A DNA stretch of 64,000 bases from Hormiphora californensis. Lineage: Eukaryota; Animalia; Ctenophora. The stretch lies in contig CM035360.1 in the NCBI GenBank assembly GCA_020137815.1, positions 3,844,001 to 3,908,000 on the forward strand, read 5' to 3'. A program made the position numbers and the translations under genes. The notes below the pieces were generated by a model. That model saw only the letters and a list, made by a program, of their open reading frames with translations, searched no databases and was not told the DNA's origin. Positions within the stretch are counted from its first letter, which is position 1. Every line of letters starts with the position of its first letter. This document shows, one piece after another, positions 50,282-62,474 of the stretch.

Positions 50282-52840
50282 ATGATTCTCGCCCTGCTAC
50301 TCGTTTTACTGCCACTCTCCTCACCTCTCCCTGTGTACAAATCTTGGGTATCCAACCCCATAATATTCGACTGGGATCTGGAGGGAAAACCTCTGGAGGT
50401 GCTCACCAACACAACTGATGGATCTGACGACTTGATAGACCTCTCATTTCCAACGGTTACAACTTCTCTCAATCTCGCGGTCCGCTTCGGCTCTCCGATG
50501 CAGTTCAAGATTTATAGTTGTCAAGACGACTATGAAAACTTCACAACCAACCCACCAGAATCTCAGAACGACTCCAACTTGAGAGTTTGGAGGTTTGAAA
50601 AAACTGAAGAAGTCTTTGAAATTTGGGATGCTGACAATGATATAATTCTGATGAGTTACAATTTCAGGTAAATTCAATTTTTTTCAATTGTTCACCCCCT
50701 TTTTATTTATTTCGTTTGTGAGTGATATTTATCTTTTTGACGTGCACAAAACAAATCCACGCAGGAAAGGGGGGTAAACAGTTGAAAAAATGACTTTAGG
50801 TAATACAGTGCTGCTTGTAGTCATATTACCGTAATGAAAATACAGTAAGGAGACGGCACGTTGCATAACGCGCGGCAAAAAGTGCATGTGTTCAGCACGT
50901 ACTAGCGCCCTGATTGGCCACGGTTGTGCGTCGTCTTACTGTATCTCCGTTTTCCATTACCGTTTTCCCACTACAAGCGACCGTGATAGGTTTGATTTCT
51001 TGTCAACCGAAGATTGAAGAATTGACAAACTCATATAGCATTCCGTAAGACACATATTTTTTAGTTCCAGTACGAATGCGAAATGTGAAGATTGGAAAGG
51101 GGACGTGGTAGACCGGGTTCAGTTTTGGTGGGAAATGGATGAAAGTAAACACCGGGATACTGCATCAATCGGATACAGAGGTGAAAGTGATGAAGGTAGG
51201 TTAACTTTTTAGCTTAACCTTTTTGAATATTTTGGTAACTGATCCCTGAGAATTCCATATAATTCATACAAATAATCCATACGTTTCAGATTGGGTCACG
51301 CCAACAAAGTTTCTCCCGTTGAATTTGGAAAAAACACAACTAAACTTTAAGACTAATCTTGATGAAGGGGATGGCAGAAGTTTGGGATTTCTCTTTTCTG
51401 ATCGCCCCAATAAGCCTCGGTTTTTTTGGTTAAATTTTGGAAAACCTATAAGATATACGGCAATCTTTTGTAGCAGCTCGTAAGTCAATAAAAATCTGTC
51501 AGAGCATTGGCTTGACTCTATTCTCATTTCTTCAAATGTGGTCAGATCATTAGCCCGACAGATAAAATTGTTTTGTGCGACGGGTTGGAGGCTTTTGTTC
51601 TGAGCAAGTGTCAGGACTCTGGTCACTGACAGAAATTATTAATTTCATCCTCAAAACCAGGAACAATGCCCTAACCGGAGAACTGCCTCCTGAGCCCGAT
51701 AAAATCTGGACCCTTGCCAAAACGGAGACCGATATGTCGCTATGGTGCAATGAAGTTCTGGTGTTGAATATTAGTTTCGAGGCGGTTAGTTCCCATTGTG
51801 CAACATACTGGCAGGGAGACGTGATAGAGGAAATGACGACAGTTCCCTCTTATTCAAGTGCTGCAGATCTATATCTTCACATCGGTATGTCTAAAATACA
51901 ATCGAAGAGTTTAATATAACCGACGGACGTGGTAATTCAATGCTTCGTGAAGATCCGTCATCATAGTGCTTTTTCAAAATCAGCACTGGTTTATGACTTA
52001 TCAACCCCCTGCTTTTGCCGCTAACAACCCTCTCGCTTACAATATACATCTTCTAGGGAGCCTGTGCCCATCGCTCTCGATCCCTGGTACAAACTACACC
52101 ACTGCACCCCAACAAGTACCCGGTACCATCCTCGATATAACATGCAATGATCCGAGCTTGTGGGTGGTCGGTCACTCCAGACTGACTTGTTTGGCTAACG
52201 GGCAGTGGAGTGGAGCTGTTCCAGAGTGTAGGAAACTAGGAGGTAATATATTTATATAATATATAAAAATATGTATAAGAGAGAAACGGAGATTGTATTA
52301 TGATAAAATTATAATATCCTGGAGGGTCATGACAAGAGATAATTGAGTAGCTAGAAGGCAGAAGCATTGGATAGCCGGGCGGGGATAATTATATATGGGG
52401 CATATATGCAACTCGGCACAGTAACATCAGATATCATCATCAGTTATGGAATGTGCAGTGTGCCAAACCCCATATATCGCTTAGAAGAGTTTGAGCACCC
52501 GGTGTATAACACAAGTTATAAAACATCATTTGAAAGAATGTTTGAAGAAAAAAGATTTACATTGCACTTCACATACTCTACAATTATTCTAAAGAAGTCC
52601 AAAGTATAAATATATCATTCAGCTCTCTAAGGTATGTAGTATCATGGTAGGATATGGTTGCCATGCTACGCAGTCTGTCCATTCGTCGCGCCTCTTTGGC
52701 CCGGTGCGAGAGACTGGGAACATGTCAAGGGTATGGTTGCCATGGGAACATGTCAAGGGTATGGTTGTCAATTATTGGCACACGAATCCAGAGTACCCCA
52801 ACATCTGGTTTTGACACTCACAGACCTGAAGAAAAGGTGA
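50282..52840 (+). CDS. Secreted protein: two uncharacterised 'DLE/NLE..L..KT' domains + Sushi/CCP domain
   Basis: Signal peptide MILALLLVLLPLSSP. Exons at about 50282-50667, 51065-51195, 51290-51479, 51661-51884 and 52057-52242 (CPSL...C...GHSRLTCLANGQWSGAVPEC) join in frame. Last exon 52824-52840 is tentative. Confidence 0.75.
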
Positions 52841-53074
52841 AATATCATTTATCTTTAACATAGTGATGATGAAAGAAGTTCAGGTTATTTTCCAATTTCT
52901 ATCATTGGACTATCACTGCCTGATAAACAACCGGCTCTTTGATTCTGTTATTCTGGTAACTAAATCAATTCCTACCCTCGGTCTACCGGATCTATGAGAA
53001 GTCCGGTAAGTCCGCAAAGTTCCTTACCTGTCCCTGTTTGTTGATGTAAGTAGGTTCCAATGTCGTACCATCCA

Positions 53075-54980
53075 TTAGGTTCCTGCGTATTCCTCATTTT
53101 CAGCTACCCTGTACTCGCACCTACAAAATATTACAATTATTAAACTTTCGTGCTATGCTGTATGGCGGAGCCACCGTGTGCTTCAGATGGGGTCGCGGCG
53201 CCAGACAGGTGCTAACTATGTAAAAAGTTCCAAAGTCTTAGTATACACTATACGTAGCTTAGGGTTAACTATCCGACCCTTTTTCGCTTTCAATCAGAAA
53301 CAAAGTATAACCGGATCTGGTGGGGCTTGTCTCACAAAAGACTGTACTCTCAAAACTGGGCTGAGCACTCAGTGAGCAGCGCACACGATATTACAGTCAG
53401 TGCCTGTCTGGCGCCGCTGACCCCATCTGAGCGCACTGTTTGAGACTCAAATTGGGTCGGCGCCGCCAGCCAGACATGGAAAGTGTGGGGAGTGAAAACA
53501 TTACTTGTGGGGGCAGTAGATCCTGCCGCAGAGAGCCTTCCCATAATCAGCACATCTACAGTCGTTACATCCATCATGGAATGATTCCCCGTTGTAGGCA
53601 AAGGCTGAAAATAGGTTGAAATTCATCAATTATAATTATATGCGATATGATTTTGAACAAGAATTATTGCATTATGTGTTCATAATGCTGAGTTTCCCTG
53701 CCCTACCGTTTCACATGTCAGTGACATTGTCACTGCCAACACTAACAGGATCAAGGCTTGGTCATAATGTAACGTGAGATGCATACGATCTAGCTGTCAG
53801 TAAACTTCTCACATAGCTTAGAGTTAGCTAACTCCCAATCTCATGACACTTGCTAACCAGCTTTTGACATTCCAACTTAAAGTGAGAGTGGACCGAATCA
53901 GAATCGGACAAGTTTGTTGTAGGTAGTAGAGATTAGCTTTCTGAGCATTTTGCGTTTTTGCCGCTCAAAATCGACCCACCCATCACTGAGATATTTTTGT
54001 TATGTTGGGAGAACTCCTGTTTAATCAGTATGTATAAAACAGAATAGAAACAATCGTAGTGTTTTACTAACACATTCTGAATATAAGCAGTGAGGTTGAC
54101 ATGTCCACGCACAGAAGCAGGGCAATGCAAGCCAGCATATTAAAAATTTAAAGAATGTGTTAGTAAAACACAAGGATTGTTTCTATCCTGTTTGATAAAT
54201 ACTGATCCAGCAGGAATTCTCCCAACATAACAAAAATATCTCAGTGATGGGTGGGTCGATTTTGAGCGGCAAAAAGGCAAAATGCTCAGAGAGCTATTCT
54301 CTACTACCTACAACAAACTTGTCCAATTCTGATCCGGTCCACTCTCACTTTAACTACTTATCTAACATCTCACACTCGACTCGCAAGATGAAAATGTGTA
54401 TGTAACACGCGAAACGCGCGGCAGAGCATTTCATGTTTTGTTGAGTGGCGCACGCACACACGTCCATCAAACTGTGTCAATGAGGTGTTTGATGAAGGAG
54501 TAGCTCGTCACGGTGCGCGCGGCTCTAGTTGCTACACCGTTGCCCCTCGCAACGAAAGTGTGACCAAAATGGTCCCTCTACCGATTAGTTAGTATACCAA
54601 AATGTCGTTTTCGAATTCTAACCCTGCTATGCCTTTTTACAAAGTAAAAAGGCATAGCAGGCAGGGAAAAAATACTTGTGTGTCACACATGACTGTGTGT
54701 TGCCTAACTAGACCCTGTTTCGCGCGTCCCGCCTGCGTTCCTTTACAAATGTAAAGGGATGGTTAGAACATAAACTGTGTGTACGACATTTTAATTGTTT
54801 GTCAAAAAGTGTATCCTATGATTCAAGTATCTCATATGCCCCATGATGACACTTACTGACTTCAAGCCTGCTATCCAGATAGGCACATGGGATATTATGT
54901 CCGGAGATATACTCATCCTCGGCGATCGCGATGGCAGACGCCACGAGGACAGCAACAACAGCAGACACGAACAGTTTCAT
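53075..54980 (-). CDS. Small secreted pacifastin/VWC-like Cys-rich peptide, 3 exons
   Basis: Exons 54980-54857, 53604-53505 and 53120-53075 are phase-compatible: MKLFVSAVVAVLVASAIA...PCAY...YNGESFHDGCNDCRCADYGKALCGRIYCPHKCEY. The C-terminus may extend further if there is an indel. Confidence 0.72.
53881..54349. mobile_element. Palindromic Kolobok-type MITE
   Basis: TTAA at 53877-80 and 54350-53; AG...CT termini; ~200-bp inverted arms. Confidence 0.85.
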
Positions 54981-55107
54981 TTTGAAATGAGTTGTGGATC
55001 ATGGAGTTGATGGTCCTTTTATATGCATATATATGCATATATATATATATGGGCAAGGGGAAATTTGATTAATGTTTTGTAATTCTAGTGCGGTGTTACA
55101 GATCTCT

Positions 55108-55208
<101 letters not shown>

Positions 55209-56543
55209 TCTCTCTCTCTCTCGCTTTCTCTCTCTCTCTCGTTCTCTCTCTCCCTCTCTCATCCTGCAGCCGTCCATAATTTTAAATTCAATTGTAATCA
55301 AATTAGAAGTCTTGTTTGGAGGGTGAGAAATCTTAAAACTGCAGCCTTAAAACAATATATAATCATTCTTTTACTTTTATTTTCCTGATCATGTCTTCTT
55401 CATGGGCTTTGAATATATTCGTTTTTTAGAAATCAAGTTTATCTGTACGATCTTTGAATATATTCATTAATTACGGTAAATCATAAACAATAAAGAAACG
55501 GATCCCTCTGGAGCCAGAGGCCTCATCCTGCAAAGCATGAAATCACCCATTCATGGCGCTCAGTAGCAATGCAGCTGTTTTTACTCAACAAGATTCGGAT
55601 ATACCTCGGTGATTGGCCCTAAGTACGTATAGGATGCCCATGGCAACCGCTCTCATATCAAATCACATCAAATTAAATCAAATATGAAGTAATAAGTATA
55701 ACAAACTCACGTGTAATTTGATTTCAAGTCATGTTCTATTTCTCTTCCTCACGTGTGTAGGTAAATCAAGTCATATTTGTTCAAGAGTAAACAAAGTCAC
55801 ACATACTGTTTCTGTTTCTTACGTCAGACTCACATCTCCAGCAGTGACACAACTCAGGTGTGGCCTGATCCAATCACATGAGTTACATCCAATCACATGA
55901 GTTACATCGCAATCCGTAGCAACCAACATCATGACACCCAGTCCCACAACAGTTGATTCATATGGGGCCAGAGGTGTTGTTCTGGTACGCGCGATGGCAC
56001 AAGAGTAGAACTAGTGGCGCGCACGTCCAGTCTAAGCAACTGTGCTGCAGGCAACTGATCAATTTGTCACTTCCGGGTTAGCGATTTCTTGCCTTGATCG
56101 ACCCTGTTTCCCGCGACCCGCCCGGGGTTTTGGGCATTCATAGATCAGCATTCAGTACTTTGACCTGCAATCTAGTTGGGAGATGGTGCATAACAAAGTA
56201 TAATTGTGGAACGGGCCGTGAAAAAAGGCTATGTATTTTATTCTCCGGATGGGATCGGGATGGTATTTGAACAATTCTAAACTCGATTGTTTAAGAAAGG
56301 GAGTATATAATCGTCTCAGGTGTATTACAGTGTTAGGTAAATAAATTAAATCCTGGTAATAAGTTAACTGCATGACATGTCGCTAAAAAGAAATAAATTA
56401 AACCCGTTTAAAACTTAAAAGATGTTTTTAAAAGTCCAGAAATACGCTCCAAAAAGCAGTAATTCTACAACTAGGTGTTAAATCTAGACACAAGTCCCAC
56501 CATGGTAGCACCCACAAAAACTCTCCAGACGGACTGCATGTCA

Positions 56544-59500
56544 TTAGTCCATTTCCATTTTGTCCTTCTTCGAATTCTTCTGATAGAATTTCTTCCTTTC
56601 TTGTTTTGCGTGAGTGCTCCTCTTCTCTTCAATCTTGTCCAGTTCTGGGGGAGAGGGTGGTGTGAATGATGGCAATTAATTGGATCTACAGTTCAGACTC
56701 TCTCTCTCTGTCTGACTTAGTTTCTCAGTAATCAGTATTGTCATTGCAACATTAAAAATTTCAGATAAAATACCCCGTTCACACCAACCTTGCTGATATT
56801 AACAAACAAACAAACAAACAAACAAACAAACAAATAAACAAACAAACAAACAAACAAACAAACAAACAAACAAATAAACAAACAAACAAATAAACAAACA
56901 AACAAACAAACAAACAAACAAACAAACAAACAAACAAACAAACAAACAAACAAACAAACAAACAAACAAACACACAAACAAACACACAAACAAACAAACA
57001 AACAAACCTTGCTGATGTTTCGCCCGTTCTCGTTTCTTCTTCTCCAGTTTCTTCTTGTCGCTCTCCTTCTGGGCAGTAAGGAGCTGCTGCATGAGGGTGG
57101 TCAACCTTTTCTCTCCTGAAATATTACACAGACAGTTAGATGGTGTACCAACGACTATCACAGTTCTACGTGGCACCCCCTATAGTTGAGGAAGGTGGTG
57201 AGACATACCCGGTTCTAGAACAACAGCTAAGTGGCACCCTCCCCACCCCTATAATTGAGGAAGGTGGTGGTACACATGAGACATACCCGGTTCTAGAACA
57301 ACGGCTCGTTTTGTAGTGTACAACTCCTTAGTTCTTTTCTTTTCCATCTTAGGCTTTGTCTTGTACGGGAGGCTCTTTTGAAGGTTCTTGGGGACCTTCA
57401 GAGCTCTGAACTCCTGGGGTTTCCGTTCGATATCCTTGTACAGAGAATCCTGGTAGAAAGGAGGATTGTTATTAGCGGGGGAGGGATAATGGTGATTGTT
57501 TAAACTTTAACTGACCACTCTTCTCACTTCTGTGAGCGAGAGGAACGATCAGGTTTCGTGCTGACACTTGTTTTAGAGTCAAAGATTCCAAAAAATATTG
57601 AATTATTCCCATTACCTTGTTAACAGGGATAGTTTCCCCGTTAGCCCTTCTCAGTTCAGCGACAGTCCTCATTCCTGACCAGGTCTTATCAGCAGTGAGG
57701 AGATTTATAACAGGAGCGTAGAACTTGGGTATATCAACACTTACCCAGCATCGCAGGAACACTATATCAGACATTTTGATCTGGGAGGGGGATATCAGCC
57801 ATTTTAATATGGGGAAAGGGGGATATCAGCCATTTTAATCTGGGGAAGGGGGCGGGGGGGGGGGGGGGTCTTGGTGATAACATGGGGCGATAAAATAGTG
57901 GGTTCTTTTATCTCTATTATCTGCAAGATCTCTCGAAACTAATTAACTATTTAAATTGATTACCTTGTCCTCAAACGAGGCTCGGAAGGATCCGGGTGGT
58001 GCAGAAAGGGCTCGTTTCACCTGACCTCTAATTCCACTGACTGTTTTAATCATGGCACCTTCAAACTTAGGACACCTGCGAGAATGTAATTTTAGATATA
58101 GTTCACTAGACGTTCCTTCTTTTAACGAGGACTAGGAGTCAGGAGAACTATGAAAGGCTCCTGCTGTCCTACAAGTTACAAACACTACTTGATGAACGAG
58201 GAGGATGGTAGATCGTTTCATGCTGATCAGACCTGTCAGAGCATTGGCCTGAGCGCGCGAGAAAGCTGTGGTCAGAGCACTGGCAGCTGACAGAGCTGCA
58301 GACATTACACGGCGTGCCTGGTGAAATTTTAACACGACCTAGCATGCTGCGGGAAACCACCACTTGTACGTGGTAGCTGAGGGTCTACAGAATGGCGCTA
58401 CGGTGCGGGAAAAAAAATCCATGCCCTAAAATCTTTTTTTTACTTTTATTTGATTTGGGTCAAAATTGGCTGTATTAAACGTGGTCCCGAAAAATCCATA
58501 ATGACTTAGCACACGAAATATGTCACCCCCACCTATTTTTGCACGTAGAATCGATTGCCGTTGAAGTCGAATCTCTAAAATGACTGTAAAATGGTCAAAA
58601 GTTGATTTTTTACCATTTTTTGGAGGTTTTTGGCCCCTAAACCATTGAAAACGTTGAGATAGGAATTTGAAACTAGTGCCAATCGTTAAAATGGTCATTT
58701 TTCTACCAAGAACCAAGTTTTCGTGTATATCCGATTTATGGTTAGATTTGGGCAAATTGTTGAAATCTGCCAACTAGGAGAACCGTAACTTGATTTTCTT
58801 GTTTTTTGGATTTTGGCATTTTTGACAAACTTCTGATTGAAATGGCCAGTCGGGACCATGCTTAAGTTGTTTATGGGACAATTTTCGACTAAAATCCAAG
58901 ATTTCATACCAATCCAATAACAGATCGTTGATTTATAGAAAATTTGCGTAGGCAAAACGGTCAAAATAAGCAAGAAAAGTTGTTATTTTGACCGTTTTGC
59001 CTACGCAAATTTTCTATAAATCAACGATCTGTTATTGGATTGGTATGAAATCTTGGATTTTAGTCGAAAATTGTCCCATAAACAACTTAAGCATGGTCCC
59101 GACTGGCCATTTCAATCAGAAGTTTGTCAAAAATGCCAAAATCCAAAAAACAAGAAAATCAAGTTACGGTTCTCCTAGTTGGCAGATTTCAACAATTTGC
59201 CCAAATCTAACCATAAATCGGATATACACGAAAACTTGGTTCTTGGTAGAAAAATGACCATTTTAACGATTGGCACTAGTTTCAAATTCCTATCTCAACG
59301 TTTTCAATGGTTTAGGGGCCAAAAACCTCCAAAAAATGGTAAAAAATCATCTTTTGACCATTTTACAGTCATTTTAGAGATTCGACTTCAACGGCAATCG
59401 ATTCTACGTGCAAAAATAGGTGGGGGTGACATATTTCGTGTGCTAAGTCATTATGGATTTTTCGGGACCACGTTTAATATAGCCAATTTTGACCCAAATC

Positions 59501-62343
59501 AAATAAAAGTAAAAAAAAATATTTTAGGGCATGGATTTTTTTCCCCGCACCGTAGCGCCATTCTGTAGACCCTCAGCTACCACGTACAAGTGGTGGTTTC
59601 CCGCAGCATGCTAGGTCGTGTTAAAATTTCACCAGGCACGCCGTGATTACCTCAAGAACAGAACTAAACATGCCCTTTAGAAAGGCAGTGTTTTTGAAAA
59701 TCTTGTAAGGAGTTCCAGTTAACTTCAACTTTTTGACCACGTCAATGGTCTTGTCGAGACTCAAAACAACTCCCGTAGCAACAATTCGGAATGTCGAGGT
59801 CTTCTTGTCTGTAGAACCCTGCAAAAAACAGATAATATTGGAGAATATAATAGGTAGTACATTCGGAAACCTGCTCACTGCAGATCACTTCAATAAATAA
59901 CACAGCAGCTTGCACCAACCTGCGTGGCAATAAATGCGGTGTTGGGTGGAGCCAGGGGTCCGTAGAATGTACTATGACAGTGCATGTGCTCCGGAGTATA
60001 TTTCAACATTCTTTGTCTCATGTTGTGATCCTGGGGTGAGGGAGGCGGGTTAGTGAGAGTTAGTAGTTAGTTAGTGCGAGGCGTAGTTAGTACATAGGTC
60101 ATAGTTACAGGGCAGCTAGGAGTAATCGATCCACTTCGACTAACTAAATACTCAAACCCAGATAAGATCTTACTTGGATCGAGTAGACAGGTCGAGTTTG
60201 GAACCTCCTCCATCCCAGAGAAACAATGACCGGGTCCTGGTTTTTTAGCACCTTAGGATACCACCTGTAACAACATGTTGAGAATTATCTACCACTTGAA
60301 AATATACTCTCATATATTGAACAACTTCTTTCGCGGCTGTAACATGTGTCGACTTTATTATACCGATTATTTAACTAATTGGGTAATTAATTTTCTACCT
60401 GTGTCGTTTGAACCGTGTCTGCAACAGACCCATTTGATGTTCAGTACCGGCAATGCCTCCCACCACAAGGGGCACATTTGGGTCTAGATGGTCCACGAAC
60501 TCGCAGGGGATGTTGTCAATGGTGACCCTGACATACTGGCCCGGCCTGTATCCCTCGTACCTATAGTGGGGAGGTCATCATCATCTGGGATAGTAACAAT
60601 GTCCAACCTTTCAGTATCTTCACAACAGATCATCCCTAACCCCCTAACCTTTCACCACCACCTGCACCCTAACCTCTCACCACCACCTGCACCCAAACCT
60701 CTCACCACCACCTGCACCCTAACCTCTCACCACCACCTGCACCCTAACCTCACACCGCCTCACCACCACCCTAACCTCTCACCACCACCTGCACCCTAAC
60801 CTCTCAATACCACACCCCAAACCCCTCATAACCCCTAACCTCTCGCGGTGTGCGTCCTCTGCAAAGAACTCCTTGTTCAGCCTGGTCTGGGTGTCAGCTT
60901 CCTCTTTTAGCTCCGTCAGGAACTTACTCTCATCTCCATTCTCATCGTACGCAGAATTGAACAACTCCTTCATTCGCTCCTTCTTCTTGTCATACTTACT
61001 GAAGGAAAATTAATGTTGTAGCACGGGAAAACTAGATGAACGTGTCTCTCTCGCGACTCATCTCTCTCCCAGTAACAGATAAGAGGGTAAACCATATTAA
61101 AAATCTACCTTTTCTCTTCTTCCTCTGCTCCATCCCCTGCAGTAGCGGGTGTTTCATCTCCTTTCTCTTCAGTCTGCTCCTCTTCATTCTCTGAGCCTTG
61201 ATGATCGGCTTCATCTGCTTCTAGATCCTCGAAATCACCAAACACATCACCATCATCTGCTTCACCTGGTGTGGAGGGGATTGCATAAAATCAGGGATCC
61301 TTGGGGGTAACCATCAAATTCAAATGGAGTTGAAACCAGTGAACAATAAGGGAGGACTATATAACTAGAGTCGGCGTAAAATTATGTGGAAAATACCACA
61401 TGTGTAAAAAATTCAGAACCACTGAAATTAAGCTGCCGGAGAAATATAAGACTTAAGACCCTCCCTTTTTATTGGCCCACGCGGTATTTACCTTCCTCGT
61501 TGTCCCATTTGCCGGTAACAAAGCAATCTCTAATTGACTCTCTCATTTCCTCCTGGCTCCAGTCTCCCCGGGCCCAGATGTGACGGGATGTGTCTACCGT
61601 GGTACGAGTCTGTGCTAGAAGGCCTGTAAACTGCCCTGAACTGTCTAACTCTCCACCGTAGATAATCTGAAGGGAGGGGTATTTGGGGTTAGATAATCTG
61701 AAGGGAGGGGTATTTGGGGTTAGATAATCTGAGGGAAGGGGTAACGTCAAACACCCATACGTTACCCCCGTTCGAAGGGGATTAGGTCGTTGGTCGGGAT
61801 CTTAGGCAAGGTATAAAATGAATAATAAGTACGCAAATACCCAATTACTTCAGACTGTTTAATTGTTACATTGCAATACATCACAACAAGTTGGCAAAAA
61901 CTTACAGAATGTAGATTTGCAGCGTTGAGTTGTCGTTGGATAAAATTGGATTTCGCTTTGTTTGCAATATCAGTTTTCCATCGTGCAGCACCCGCCACTA
62001 CTTCTTCCTCCTCTTCATCTTCTTCCTCTTCCTCCTCATCCTAGGGAAATAGGAAACTGAGGTTGGGACGAGTGTGTTTTTCCAAACCACATCAAGAAAA
62101 GAAATTGAAGGTTGTGAATAGCCAATTGATTGACATCTATTTTATAGTACCTCATCCTACAAATCACCCGGTGGCAAAAAGGAAGTTGCAACTATACCTC
62201 TTCATCGATACCAGAATCTTCCTCTTCTTCTCCTTCGTCTCCGTCCTCTCCCGAATTCTCACTATCATCCTCATCATCATTCTCATCCTCAAACTTCATC
62301 TTTCTCCGTTCTCTCTCTTCAAACTCGTTGTTTTTGATTGCAC
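56544..62343 (-). CDS. BMS1: Ribosome biogenesis GTPase BMS1, 3' portion (5' exons lie beyond the window)
   Basis: Exons encode [105 protein letters not shown] and [14 protein letters not shown]. Stop at 56544-56546. Confidence 0.93.
56801..57007. repeat. (AAAC)n tetranucleotide microsatellite starting at a BMS1 splice donor
   Basis: Seen directly; the minus-strand donor reads CAAG|GTTTGTTTG. Confidence 0.92.
58308..59645. mobile_element. 1.34-kb fold-back element, Chapaev-type (CAC...GTG termini, 4-bp TSD ATTA)
   Basis: ~660-bp near-perfect inverted arms with a ~14-nt spacer at ~58969-58982; ATTA at 58304-07 and 59646-49. Confidence 0.85.
60634..60840. repeat. ~25-bp minisatellite containing CCCTAA in a BMS1 intron
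   Basis: Unit caccctaacctctcaccaccacctg, ~7 degenerate copies. Confidence 0.8.
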
Positions 62344-62474
62344 CTACAGAAATACAGGTGTAAGATTGTCTTGATAGCATGTCATAACTATTGGTGACAG
62401 GAATATCTCTCTATTTGGTGCGGGACTGGGAGAGGAACACCCGAGGCCCACGAAACTTAGTACTGTGTCAAATA

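Noticed and set aside
53707-53765. Alternative signal-peptide exon for the pacifastin-like gene
   Set aside because: Needs two indels to fit; exon 54980-54857 joins in frame without correction.
58426-59568. Mirror-image ORF pairs (115/129 aa and 92/89 aa)
   Set aside because: By-product of the fold-back palindrome; no transposase motifs.
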